Below are positions 47,094-56,524 of a stretch of 64,000 bases of DNA, one piece after another. Position numbers and translations under genes: made by a program. The stretch is taken from positions 2,561 through 66,560 of the forward strand of contig JANPGW010000172.1 of the NCBI GenBank assembly GCA_031424115.1, written 5' to 3'. The notes beneath the pieces were generated by a model. The model worked only from the letters and a program-made list of their open reading frames with translations, searched no databases and was not told where the DNA came from. The number at the start of each line of letters is the position of its first letter. Position 1 is the first letter of the stretch. Origin of the DNA: Saprospiraceae bacterium. Lineage in GTDB: Bacteria; Bacteroidota; Bacteroidia; Chitinophagales; Saprospiraceae.

Positions 47094-47465
47094 CTATTTG
47101 ATAAGCATTAATTTAACTTTTTTTTCAGCTTTGATGGCGTGAAGAATGTCTTTGGGTAGTAAAATTATTTGCCCCTTTTTCAAGATATTAGTTTTATCTC
47201 CGATGATGACGATTGCCTCACCTTTTAGGCATTGCAAATAGGCATCCCGTGGGGTTTTATGCGCTTTAATTTCTTGACCTTTCTGCAAGGCAAACAAGAC
47301 TAAATTGAAGGCTTCATTTTTAAATAAAACTTTACTATTGAATTTTTCAGATGTAAAATCAATTTGATTCGTTATATCTAACGGCTCTGTTGATGTCGTT
47401 TGTGCGTTGATAGTCATTGAGGAGAGTATTATTAGGATGAAAGAAATAAATTTTCTAATTGTCAT
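47094..47465 (-). CDS. Cupin domain protein, secreted
   Basis: Signal peptide and a small beta-barrel with a cupin-like pattern (H.....E...G.......G...........P....H). Confidence 0.65.
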   Translation of the reverse strand: MTIRKFISFILIILSSMTINAQTTSTEPLDITNQIDFTSEKFNSKVLFKNEAFNLVLFALQKGQEIKAHKTPRDAYLQCLKGEAIVIIGDKTNILKKGQIILLPKDILHAIKAEKKVKLMLIK

Positions 47466-47558
47466 AATTTATATTTTTAGAACTAACAAAATACAAATTT
47501 CAAGGTTATTCCTTTTTGAAAAAATGACGAAGGTTGGTATTGAACATGATTTTAGTTA

Positions 47559-47569
47559 CCCCTCAGTAT
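47559..47569 (-). repeat. ATACTGAGGGG exact copy
   Basis: Intergenic, between the cupin gene and the GMC oxidoreductase gene. Confidence 0.95.
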
Positions 47570-47742
47570 CAAAAAATTTTGAGCAAAATTTTTCTCAAAA
47601 CAATGAGAAATATTTATAGATAATACAAATTTTGCTGAAATTGCGTTTCTTTCGTAAAAGCAATCGTATGATTATTTTTGATAGCACAATTGGCTATTAA
47701 AAACGAGATTAAAAATTTCATTTATATAATAGGAAACATAGT

Positions 47743-49464
47743 ATGGCTAATCTGAATACTAAATTAAACGAATCGAACACGTATGATGTCATTGTCATTG
47801 GCTCGGGTATAAGTGGGGGTTGGGCGGCTAAAGAGTTCGCAGAAAAGGGCTTGAAAACATTGGTGCTTGAAAAAGGGCGCATGGTGAATCACGTGGAGGA
47901 TTATCCAACTATGCTGCAAGACACTTGGGACATGCCACATCGGGGTGCCTTGACAGATCAAGACAAAAAAGACTATCACATCCAAATTCGGAGTGGTTTT
48001 GTGGGTGAATCCACGAAACATTTTTTTACAAAAGATGTGAATGACCCGTATATTGAGAAAAAACGCTTCGATTGGATTCGGGGCAATCATGTAGGCGGCC
48101 GCTCCATTACGTGGGGAAAACAGGTGTATCGCTGGAGCGATTTGGATTTCGAAGCGAATGCTAAAGAGAAGATTGGCGTTGATTGGCCCATTAGATACAA
48201 AGATTTGGAGTCATGGTACACGTATGTCGAGAAATTTGTGGGCGTGAGTGGTGAAAAATTGGGTTTACCGCATTTGCCCGATGGCTATTTTTTACCGCCT
48301 ATGGAGTTGAACTGCCTTGAAAAACATTTCAGAAAAGAAATGGAAACCAAGTTTAAACGCCCCGTGACTATCGGTCGGGTAGCGCATTTGACTGAGCCGA
48401 AGCCATGGCATTTAGAGTTGGGTCGCGGACAGTGCCAAAACCGGAATCGTTGTTCAAGAGGGTGTCCGTATGGTGCGTACTTTAGCAGTAATTCAGCGAC
48501 TTTACCGGCAGCGAATAGAACGGGTAATTTTGCCATTAGACCCAATTCAGTGGTTCATTCCATTATTTTGGATTCAAAAAAGAAGCGGGCTAAAGGCGTG
48601 AAAGTGATTGATAGTGAAAGCAAAAAAGAGATTGATTTTTTTGCAAAAGTGATATTCTGTTGCGCTTCAACGTTGGGTACAACCCAGATTTTATTGAATT
48701 CAAAATCCGAACGTTTCCCGAATGGCCTGGGCAATGATAGTGGTGAATTGGGGCATAATTTGATGGATCACCATTATCGCGTGGGTGCAATGGGCTCTTA
48801 CGATGGTTTTGAAGACCAATATTATAAAGGTCGTCGCCCGAATGGTTTATTCATCCCGCGCTATGTCAATTTGGATGAAAAGACTAAAAACCCTAATTTC
48901 TTGCGCGGTTATGATTTTCAAGGAGCCGGTGCAGGTCGTGGAGATTGGGGCAGAGGAGCCAATACTGAGGGGGTTGGTGCAGCGTTCAAAGATGCGCTTT
49001 TCAAGCCGGATGGTTGGGGTATGGCGTTGATGGGCTTCGGTGAAGTCTTGCCTTACCATGACAACAAGGTTGAGTTAGATGCTGAAAAAAAAGACCAGTG
49101 GGGCATTCCACTCCTCGTTTTTGACGCGGATATCAAAGACAATGAGCGCAAAATGCGGGAACAAATCAAAAAAGATGCTGCTGAAATGCTTGAAAGCGCG
49201 GGTTTTAAAAACGTCAAAACCTTCGATAATGCGGGTGGTATGGGCGTCGGTGTGCATGAAATGGGTACTGCCCGCATGGGTAAAGACCCCAAAACCTCAG
49301 TGTTAAATAGCAATAATCAGCTTCATACCGTGCCCAATGTATTCGTAACGGACGGAGCGTGTATGACCTCGGCATCGTGCGTGAATCCATCCATTACCTA
49401 TATGGCTTTGACCGCACGCGCAGCCCATTTTGCGGTGAATGAATTGAAAAAAAGGAATTTGTGA
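47743..49464 (+). CDS. GMC family FAD-dependent oxidoreductase
   Basis: N-terminal DVIVIGSGISGG FAD fold and a C-terminal GMC region (HEMGTARMG). Confidence 0.85.
   Translation: MANLNTKLNESNTYDVIVIGSGISGGWAAKEFAEKGLKTLVLEKGRMVNHVEDYPTMLQDTWDMPHRGALTDQDKKDYHIQIRSGFVGESTKHFFTKDVNDPYIEKKRFDWIRGNHVGGRSITWGKQVYRWSDLDFEANAKEKIGVDWPIRYKDLESWYTYVEKFVGVSGEKLGLPHLPDGYFLPPMELNCLEKHFRKEMETKFKRPVTIGRVAHLTEPKPWHLELGRGQCQNRNRCSRGCPYGAYFSSNSATLPAANRTGNFAIRPNSVVHSIILDSKKKRAKGVKVIDSESKKEIDFFAKVIFCCASTLGTTQILLNSKSERFPNGLGNDSGELGHNLMDHHYRVGAMGSYDGFEDQYYKGRRPNGLFIPRYVNLDEKTKNPNFLRGYDFQGAGAGRGDWGRGANTEGVGAAFKDALFKPDGWGMALMGFGEVLPYHDNKVELDAEKKDQWGIPLLVFDADIKDNERKMREQIKKDAAEMLESAGFKNVKTFDNAGGMGVGVHEMGTARMGKDPKTSVLNSNNQLHTVPNVFVTDGACMTSASCVNPSITYMALTARAAHFAVNELKKRNL
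48962..48972 (+). repeat. ATACTGAGGGG exact copy
   Basis: Inside the GMC oxidoreductase gene. The sense frame reads N-T-E-G. Confidence 0.95.
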
Positions 49465-49563
49465 GTTAGTGGTTAGTTAGTCAGTAGTCAGTAGTCAGAA
49501 TTTATTAACTGACCACTGACTAACTGACCACTGACTAACTAAATACTGACTAACTAACCACTC
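49463..49563. repeat. Expanded TAGTCAG-family inverted repeat with tandem heptamers in both arms
   Basis: The left arm carries (TAGTCAG)x3, and the right arm carries CTGACCACTGACTAA twice. The outer 17 bp TGGTTAGTTAGTCAGTA / TACTGACTAACTAACCA pair perfectly. It fills the 112-nt spacer between the GMC oxidoreductase gene and its small-subunit gene. Confidence 0.8.
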
Positions 49564-49576
49564 AAAAACTAAAGAA

Positions 49577-50179
49577 ATGGACAGAAGAGAATATCTCAAA
49601 AATACCGCTTTATTGCTTGGATATGCCGTATCAGCCGGTGCGTTATCGGAGGCTTTTATCGCTTGCAAAAGCGAGCGGGAAATCAATATTGATTGGCAAC
49701 CGACGTTTTTAAATAAAACCCAAGCACAAACTTTAAGTGAAATAACGGAGACTATTTTACCCAAAACTGCCAGTCCGGGGGCAAAAGAAATTGGCGTACC
49801 GCAGTTCATTGACAAGGTATTAAAAGACCTTCTTTCGGAAGCCGAACAGCAAGATTTCCTAAAAGGGTTGGAGACATTAGATGATATTTGCCGAGGCAAC
49901 TATGGTCGGTATTTTGAAGATTGTAGTAAAGAACAAAAGGAGCAAATTTTATCAAAATTGGATAGAGATGCCCCCAAGGCCCCCCCCTCAGTATGGGGCA
50001 TTACGTTGGTTGAAAACCCCGACCCGGTTGTGTTTTTTAGGCGCGTAAAAGCCTTGACTGTTACCGCTTACTTTACGTCGGAAAAAATCGGAAAAGAAGT
50101 ATTGAGTTATGACCCAGTGCCAGGTGAATATATTGGCTGTATGCCGTTTACGGGTCAGAATGTGTGGAGTGGGGAGTAA
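49577..50179 (+). CDS. Gluconate 2-dehydrogenase subunit 3-like small subunit (Tat signal)
   Basis: An MDRREYLK twin-arginine-type leader. Pairing downstream of a GMC oxidoreductase is the usual arrangement. Confidence 0.75.
   Translation: MDRREYLKNTALLLGYAVSAGALSEAFIACKSEREINIDWQPTFLNKTQAQTLSEITETILPKTASPGAKEIGVPQFIDKVLKDLLSEAEQQDFLKGLETLDDICRGNYGRYFEDCSKEQKEQILSKLDRDAPKAPPSVWGITLVENPDPVVFFRRVKALTVTAYFTSEKIGKEVLSYDPVPGEYIGCMPFTGQNVWSGE
49984..49994 (-). repeat. ATACTGAGGGG exact copy
   Basis: Inside the small-subunit gene (+). The gene sense reads P-P-S-V. C-tract 7. Confidence 0.95.
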
Positions 50180-50236
50180 CATCATATTTCTTTTAATCCA
50201 TAAAACATTGTTATCAAATACATTTTTTATATTAAA

Positions 50237-50749
50237 ATGCAAGCTATTCAAACTGAACGCCTTGTTCTTCGAGAGTTTACTGAAAATGATGCGCCTTTTT
50301 TATTAGAACTCCTAAATACGCCTAAATGGTTGCAATTCATCGGCGATAGAGGTGTCAGAACGGTGGAAGGAGCCAAACAATACATTACGGACAGATTTTT
50401 TAAAAGCTATCAAACATATGGCTTTGGCTTCTATGCCCTGACTTTAAAAAGTGATAATACGCCCATTGGTACATCCGGTTTAATCAAACGAGACGGGCTT
50501 GATGGCGTTGATATGGGTTTTGCCCTTTTGCCCGAATATGAGCAAAAAGGGTACGGCTTTGAAGCCGGACAAGCCGTTTTAAGCCTTGCCAAAAATGATT
50601 TTAACTTACCTTATCTTTTGGCAATCACCAATCAAGATAATCATAACTCTCAAAAACTACTCGTTAAATTGGATTTTGAAAAAAAGGACAAATTGATTGT
50701 GTTACCCAAAGATACTGTTGAATTGTTTTTGTTTGAGAAGGTCTTGTGA
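50237..50749 (+). CDS. GNAT family N-acetyltransferase (RimJ/RimL-like)
   Basis: 170 aa with an acetyl-CoA binding-like segment (QKGYGFEAGQAVL). Confidence 0.8.
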   Translation: MQAIQTERLVLREFTENDAPFLLELLNTPKWLQFIGDRGVRTVEGAKQYITDRFFKSYQTYGFGFYALTLKSDNTPIGTSGLIKRDGLDGVDMGFALLPEYEQKGYGFEAGQAVLSLAKNDFNLPYLLAITNQDNHNSQKLLVKLDFEKKDKLIVLPKDTVELFLFEKVL

Positions 50750-50774
50750 TGATAAAGTAGTAAAAAAATGTATA

Positions 50775-51347
50775 ATGAAATTTAACAAAAAACACGCTTG
50801 GATAGGTGAAATAACCGCAGTGTTGCGCGCTGAAAAAAAAGGTACATTAGAGAGTATAGCTTATCATACTTTAGAATTTGCGGACGGCGGCATAGTAGAC
50901 GATAAGCATTTTGGTTTCACGACAAAATCCACGGTTAGAGAATTAAGTCTCTATCCTCGGGGTACAATTATCCGGAATAATAGGCAATGGTCAGCCGTCA
51001 GTGAAGAAGAATTAAACGGTATTTCAGCCAAAATGGGTATTGATAATATCCATTCGGGGTGGATTGGAGCTAATTTATTGGTAAAAGGCATTCCTAATTT
51101 CACCCAACTACCCCCCCTCAGTATGTTGACGATTCGACCTGATGCCGCTGATAAAGTGGTATTGATGGTTTATGGCGATAATAAACCTTGCAAATTCGCT
51201 CACGAAAAAATTGTTGAAAAATTAGGAATCGAACCCTCTCAGAGTTTTGTAAAGGCTGCATTAGGACAACGTGGTCTGGTGGGTTGGATTGAAAAAGGCG
51301 GAAAAATATCCGTTGGCGATACAATTGCGGTCACACTTCCTCTTTAG
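50775..51347 (+). CDS. MOSC-domain-like protein (tentative)
   Basis: 190 aa from the ATG at 50775; the track ORF starts upstream at 50697 and overlaps the GNAT gene. The resemblance to the MOSC beta-barrel (...NKPCKF..., GDTIAV) is loose. Confidence 0.5.
   Translation: MKFNKKHAWIGEITAVLRAEKKGTLESIAYHTLEFADGGIVDDKHFGFTTKSTVRELSLYPRGTIIRNNRQWSAVSEEELNGISAKMGIDNIHSGWIGANLLVKGIPNFTQLPPLSMLTIRPDAADKVVLMVYGDNKPCKFAHEKIVEKLGIEPSQSFVKAALGQRGLVGWIEKGGKISVGDTIAVTLPL
51114..51124 (-). repeat. ATACTGAGGGG exact copy
   Basis: Inside the MOSC-like gene (+). The gene sense reads P-P-L-S-M. C-tract 7. Confidence 0.95.
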
Positions 51348-51392
51348 ATTTATAACAGCCAGATTACTACAGCCATATGTTAGAGCATCTGA

Positions 51393-51427
51393 AAGGGGTT
51401 TTGACTTTTACTAAATCTAAACCCCTT
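51393..51427. terminator. Hairpin between convergent genes
   Basis: AAGGGGTTT / AAACCCCTT 9-bp stem with a 17-nt loop. Confidence 0.45.
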
Positions 51428-51441
51428 GATAATTGTTGTTT

Positions 51442-52992
51442 TTAATCTAATTTAAGCACCTTTCGGGGCAATAATCCATCCCTTTGCGCCGTATGCCATA
51501 TAAAAGAAGCGATGATGGTAGCTGCTTGTTTCAAATCACTTTCTATCAAATGATCCCAGGTGTCCATATTAGAATGGTGGGTTCGGGTAGAATATTCGAT
51601 TGGGTCTTGAATAAATTGGAATGCCGGAATACCCGCCGCATCAAATGACTGATGGTCTGTACCACCTGTATTAGAAATTGACAAAGTGCTGGCTTGAAGG
51701 TCTTTAAAAGGGTCTAACCAACTTCTAAAAATGGGTCTCACCGCCTCATTATCTTGCAGATAAACGCCTCTTATTTTCCCGGTTCCGTTATCTAAATTGT
51801 AGTAGGCCGAAATTTTCGCTTGTTCCGGTTTGATGGATTGGACAGTGCGACCTTTTACATCAGCAAAATGTTGTCCCACATAGCCCATTGAGCCTAAAAG
51901 CCCTTGTTCCTCACCTGTCCACAGAGCCATTCTTAAAGTTCGCCGTGGTTGAATACCTGATTCTTTTATCATTGCCGTCAAAATACGGGCTGCTTCCATC
52001 ATCACAGCTGAGCCGGCGGCATTGTCCGTTGCACCGGTAGCAGACTGCCAAGAATCGAGATGCGCGCCAAACATCACGACTTCATCTTTCAAGTCGGTGC
52101 CGGGTATTTCAGCAATGACATTGTGTTCCAGTTTATCAGGATTGGTATAGTTAGCTTTCAAGTCCAAACTCAATTTGACTGGAATCCCTTTCTGAGATAA
52201 TCTGAATATTCTATTGTATTGTTCAACGGAAATTGTCACTTGCGGCAATATCTCTGCCCCTTCATCTCTTGCTGAGCCTTCTTTAGCTTGAGCACCGGAA
52301 ATAAAAACGGTACCGTCATCTCCTTTGAAACTGCGGTCAAGTGTGGCTAAAGGTTTTTCTTCGTACAGCATTTTTCTCATGGCTTTGCTAAACTCGCTGT
52401 CGCCAAAGCCAAAAGTCCGCAATGTGCGGGGTGTCGGTTTAGGCGCATTGGCTAATTCCAAAAGGGAAGAATCGGCAAACCTTTTGGCAGATGACTCAAA
52501 CCCTGGTTTGACAACGCGAATAGTATCCAATAAAATGAATTTACCACCCAATTTGCCTTTATATTGTGCCAATTCTTCAATTGTATTGGCTTTAAAATAA
52601 ACCACTTCGCCGGTTAAAGTCCCTTTTGTAGAAGGAGACCATACTTTGGGATAACCCAAAATGGGGAAATATGAAGGCTCAATGGCGTGTAATTCAAAAT
52701 GCTGCAATTCCCAGCCTCTACCAAAAGGACCCCACGCTTCGGTATGAACATTTTGTAACCCCCAATTAGTGAGTTGCTCTTGTGCCCATTTAGTGGCTTT
52801 ATCCAACATTGGTGAACCCGTCACACGAGGGCCATAAACATCGGTTAGGTAAAAAGCTGTTTCCATGACTTGGCTTTGTTCCATACCGTGTTTGCGGATG
52901 AGTTTATTTATTTTTTCGTCCGGCGTGTCTTGTGCTAAATTTACGTTGATGATAAAAGAAAAGAGAAGACCCGTAAAGAGTAATTTTTTCAT
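51442..52992 (-). CDS. M28 family aminopeptidase with PA-like insert
   Basis: Signal peptide and M28 zinc-site context (GAHLDSW, DNAAGSA, WTGEEQGLLGS, HHSNMD). Confidence 0.8.
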   Translation of the reverse strand: MKKLLFTGLLFSFIINVNLAQDTPDEKINKLIRKHGMEQSQVMETAFYLTDVYGPRVTGSPMLDKATKWAQEQLTNWGLQNVHTEAWGPFGRGWELQHFELHAIEPSYFPILGYPKVWSPSTKGTLTGEVVYFKANTIEELAQYKGKLGGKFILLDTIRVVKPGFESSAKRFADSSLLELANAPKPTPRTLRTFGFGDSEFSKAMRKMLYEEKPLATLDRSFKGDDGTVFISGAQAKEGSARDEGAEILPQVTISVEQYNRIFRLSQKGIPVKLSLDLKANYTNPDKLEHNVIAEIPGTDLKDEVVMFGAHLDSWQSATGATDNAAGSAVMMEAARILTAMIKESGIQPRRTLRMALWTGEEQGLLGSMGYVGQHFADVKGRTVQSIKPEQAKISAYYNLDNGTGKIRGVYLQDNEAVRPIFRSWLDPFKDLQASTLSISNTGGTDHQSFDAAGIPAFQFIQDPIEYSTRTHHSNMDTWDHLIESDLKQAATIIASFIWHTAQRDGLLPRKVLKLD

Positions 52993-53028
52993 GTTGAAGT
53001 GGTTTTATTGGTGTAGAAATAAATGAAG

Positions 53029-54453
53029 TCAATATTGAATTTTTACTAATTTTACCTTGCGCCTATCATCACTCGGAACAATGACTTCATTTGCGGATAC
53101 CTGCATAGCGTCCCTAAATCGAAGATTGATATCTTGCCCGTCTGTGTTCATAATGGCATGTCGTTCAGATTGCCCTGTCCCATTGACTACATATTCGCTC
53201 ACCGTAGTGGAGCGTTCAATTTCGTCATTAAATAAAAAACGCAAAGCAGATGGTGTTTTGACTAAAAAATAAGAGCAATACCGCGCATCATCGTCCTGCG
53301 ACGCTTGTTTTTTGAAAAAAATGGATTTCCATTGGGTTACACCCTCAGGCGAAAGCGAAATGGCAAATATGTTTTCGTAAAAATAGTCAACTGAAACCCT
53401 CATCCCATCGCCTCTCATATAAAGTCGGCTACTGGCTGTCGTCATTTGCCGTTCCACCTCTTTGACTTGTTCGATGATAGCAAGAATGCCACCATCTCTG
53501 CGGTGGACAATTTCCTGAATGCTCAAGTCAGCTATGCCCTTATTATCCATGATTTTCTTTCCGAATAAATTCGACACAAATTCATCATCAAATGATTGAT
53601 AATAGAATTTATAGGCGTTATACTGAGGGGGTATACTCAACAGGAAATATCCCAATGCCTTGAACGAATTTTTAGTTGCGTACAATCCCGCTGCGGTCAT
53701 CCGTTGATTAATATTATCATATTTGAACTTGATAGAAGCATTGGTGTATTCAGGCATCGGAATTTCAAAGGTTTTATCTCCTTCCTGACTGATTTGTTTG
53801 ATATTAAAACGATGTTTCTCAACAGAACCCCATCTATTATCTTCTTCTTCAATAAAGAATGCTTCTGCATTGTTATTGATAAGCACTTGTCGATAATTGT
53901 TGTCAAAAACAGTGTTTTTAGAATCAAAAGATTTATACCAAATCGGGCTTAAGGAGTCAAGACTAATGGCTAAAGCATTAATTTTATTAGTGCTTTCCAC
54001 TTCGTAAACCAGTATGATTTTTTTATCTTCCGAAAAGGTGGTTTGATAAGTGGGCGTCACCATATTGCGCCCCCAATCCTTGACTATTGCAGAGTCAAGC
54101 AATTTGACTTGCGCATCATATTTATGAACTTTTATAAAGTTATGCCCTTTGCGTCTGAATTGGTAAACGACATTGAAATCTTGCCTATTCCCCAATACTT
54201 CTAATACTTTTGAGCTGTTTTTACGATCCGGTTCAATGTCTTTTTCCCAAATTTTATGGAGTTTAGCGTCAAAAGATTTTAGTTTTACCTTGTTATCATC
54301 GAGGTTAAAAAAAAGGATGCGTTCATTATATTTTCCAATAATGCCATACCCTTCAGAAGTACCAATGTTGATATCATCAGATATTTCGGTTATTTGAGCT
54401 TTTAATAAAAATATATTGTGTACAAACAATAGAAGTATTACCAGTTTTTTCAT
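53029..54453 (-). CDS. Hypothetical secreted protein
   Basis: Signal peptide and a clean 474 aa ORF. No family recognised. Confidence 0.5.
   Translation of the reverse strand: MKKLVILLLFVHNIFLLKAQITEISDDINIGTSEGYGIIGKYNERILFFNLDDNKVKLKSFDAKLHKIWEKDIEPDRKNSSKVLEVLGNRQDFNVVYQFRRKGHNFIKVHKYDAQVKLLDSAIVKDWGRNMVTPTYQTTFSEDKKIILVYEVESTNKINALAISLDSLSPIWYKSFDSKNTVFDNNYRQVLINNNAEAFFIEEEDNRWGSVEKHRFNIKQISQEGDKTFEIPMPEYTNASIKFKYDNINQRMTAAGLYATKNSFKALGYFLLSIPPQYNAYKFYYQSFDDEFVSNLFGKKIMDNKGIADLSIQEIVHRRDGGILAIIEQVKEVERQMTTASSRLYMRGDGMRVSVDYFYENIFAISLSPEGVTQWKSIFFKKQASQDDDARYCSYFLVKTPSALRFLFNDEIERSTTVSEYVVNGTGQSERHAIMNTDGQDINLRFRDAMQVSANEVIVPSDDRRKVKLVKIQY
53620..53630 (+). repeat. ATACTGAGGGG exact copy
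   Basis: Inside the hypothetical gene (-). The gene sense reads P-P-Q-Y. Local context is TATACTGAGGGGGTATA. Confidence 0.95.
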
Positions 54454-54572
54454 ATTAGAGAGGTTTCAATTTAAAATAAAAGTACAATATGATTAAAGTT
54501 AAAAACAAGAATTAATTCTTTGCTCTCCATGCATTTTAGCAAATAAAGATAATCTTTTTTATTTAGTAAAAT

Positions 54573-54612
54573 AAAAAAAAACTTCCCGAAAATACCAATG
54601 ATTTTCGGGAAG
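54573..54612 (-). terminator. Rho-independent terminator after the CBS gene
   Basis: Perfect 12-bp stem CTTCCCGAAAAT / ATTTTCGGGAAG, followed by T9 on the minus strand. Confidence 0.7.
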
Positions 54613-54660
54613 TTTTGATGAGAGAGATATCCCTGAGACGTCGGGACAGGCTCTCAGTAT

Positions 54661-55329
54661 TCACACACTCAGATAGGTCATCAGCGAGTCATAATGCTCT
54701 TGTAATGAATCCATGTACTCGGATTCGCTGAAAGAAGCAGTTATATCGTAGCCAAAGCGGGTAAAAGTTGCTAAGATGGAAGAAATATCGGAGCGGTTTA
54801 TTTTTAAAGTAATTTCTAATTCAGTGGAATCGGGTGAAGAAGTAATAAAGGAGTTTAATATAATAGCACCTTCCGATTCAATAATGCGAGCAATTTGAGA
54901 AAGAGTGTAATCATGTTTATTAACAGTAAGAACAATCACGCTACCGGGTTCTGAAAAGGACGCACTTTCAGCAAAATATTTTAGAAGATCCGGTAGAGAA
55001 ACAACCCCCAAATAATTGTTGTCTTTATCTACTACCGGAATAACCGTTAAACGATATTCATTGAGCAGCCTCATGATGTCGTAAATATGGTCTCGGTCGT
55101 GAACATAAGGGTGGTGCATTTTCAAAAGATAGGAACCTACAGCTTCATTAGCATCATATTCAAATATTTCTTCTTCCGATATCAAACCAAGAAGTTGTTT
55201 GTTATTGACTATGGGTAAATGGCGGACGTGGTAATCACTCATCAGAGTTAGCGCATCTTCACCGGTGTTGGATGTCTTCAACGAGACAATGTCTTCGGAA
55301 ATCAAATCACGTGCAATCATATTCGTCAC
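54661..55329 (-). CDS. Tandem CBS domain protein with C-terminal ACT-like region
   Basis: Two CBS repeats (HLPIVNNKQLLGLISEEE and IPVVDKDNNYLGVVSLPDL). Confidence 0.75.
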   Translation of the reverse strand: MTNMIARDLISEDIVSLKTSNTGEDALTLMSDYHVRHLPIVNNKQLLGLISEEEIFEYDANEAVGSYLLKMHHPYVHDRDHIYDIMRLLNEYRLTVIPVVDKDNNYLGVVSLPDLLKYFAESASFSEPGSVIVLTVNKHDYTLSQIARIIESEGAIILNSFITSSPDSTELEITLKINRSDISSILATFTRFGYDITASFSESEYMDSLQEHYDSLMTYLSV

Positions 55330-55525
55330 TTGTTTTGGTTAAATGTACAACGTTTAGATTCTCATAATAGTTCTATCCTTGATGTTAAGGTTCCGTTAAT
55401 CATTTTCTCTATCCTGTAGTTTCAAATCTTTGACCAATTTGGGGTATTTTTCTGAAAAGACCAAATTAATATAATTATTTTTTCAATTACTGTCAAAAGT
55501 AAAATAATATTTTGACATTTGCATA

Positions 55526-55536
55526 CCCCTCAGTAT
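55526..55536 (-). repeat. ATACTGAGGGG exact copy
   Basis: Intergenic, in the divergent CBS / VanX-like region. It has the palindromic extension ATACCCCTCAGTAT. Confidence 0.95.
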
Positions 55537-55674
55537 ATAAATTAAGAATATTGATTAATTACCATAACAATATTGCTCACTGGATTGGTCTGTTTTACTT
55601 GAGTTGAAAATAAAAAAATCAAAGAAGTAAACGTGAAGCACACTATTATTGAAGGAAAAGAGGTTTATAAACGG

Positions 55675-55682
55675 TAGTTTTG
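55675..55682 (+). promoter_or_regulatory. Candidate -7 box for the VanX-like gene
   Basis: TAGTTTTG lies 34 nt upstream of the ATG at 55717. Confidence 0.35.
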
Positions 55683-55716
55683 TAAAAAATTAAATACATC
55701 GCTAAATTTAATATGT

Positions 55717-56358
55717 ATGACTCACTCTTTTAAAAGTCTTGGAATTCTGCTTCTATTCTGGTTTATTTCTTTTTCACCCTTTTGCCAAGCGCAAAATGTG
55801 GATTACGATTCTAAAAAATGGACAGAATTGACAGTTCTTGATAATACCGTAACGCTTGACATGCGGTATGCCACAACTAACAATTTTGTTAAGGCGCAGA
55901 TGTATGATTGCGGACGTTGTTTCCTACGACCCGAAGCCGCCAAAGCCGTTGGGAAAGCGCATAAGATTTTGAAAGAAAAGGGTTATGGTGGTTTGAAAAT
56001 GTTTGACTGTTATCGTCCGCGCCCCTACCAAAAGCGTTTGTGGGACAAAATGCCTGATAGTCGATACGTTACGCCGCCATGGAAAGGATCTCAACACACC
56101 AGAGGTTTGGCGGCTGATTTGACTGTGATTGACAAAAACGGCGACGAGCTTGACATGGGAACACCTTTTGACACTTTTACAGCGGAAGCACATTCCGGTT
56201 ATAAAGACCTCCCTAAACAGGTGCTCAATAATCGTCAACTACTGAAGGGGGTATTAGAAAGTGTCGGATTTAAAGGAATTACAACCGAGTGGTGGCATTT
56301 TTCATACACCATAAAAGGGTATGGTTTGTCGGATTGGGTTTGGAAATGTAAAAAATAG
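55717..56358 (+). CDS. M15-family D-alanyl-D-alanine dipeptidase (VanX-like)
   Basis: Signal peptide, then SQHTRGLAADL (SxHxxGxAxD) and EWWHF motifs. Confidence 0.8.
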   Translation: MTHSFKSLGILLLFWFISFSPFCQAQNVDYDSKKWTELTVLDNTVTLDMRYATTNNFVKAQMYDCGRCFLRPEAAKAVGKAHKILKEKGYGGLKMFDCYRPRPYQKRLWDKMPDSRYVTPPWKGSQHTRGLAADLTVIDKNGDELDMGTPFDTFTAEAHSGYKDLPKQVLNNRQLLKGVLESVGFKGITTEWWHFSYTIKGYGLSDWVWKCKK

Positions 56359-56524
56359 CGGATTGTCTGATTTGGTGAAACAAAGTCTTGACACGCAACG
56401 TTTTATTTTTACTTTTGTCTTAAATAACAATTATATTTATTGGTGTAATCTGACTATTCAATACTGTATAACTGATGCCCCACTTTTAATTGATAATAAA
56501 CCGCATTTTAAAACTCAAATATAT

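Noticed and set aside
56321-56524. N-terminal extensions given by the track for the MoxR ATPase (56321), the MOSC-like protein (50697), lnt (37137), argD (61867), dnaJ (11115) and Kir paralogue 2 (39901).
   Set aside because: The extensions overlap upstream genes or intergenic AT-rich DNA and encode implausible sequence. Internal ATG codons give N-termini that match family expectations. The exact starts remain unverified.
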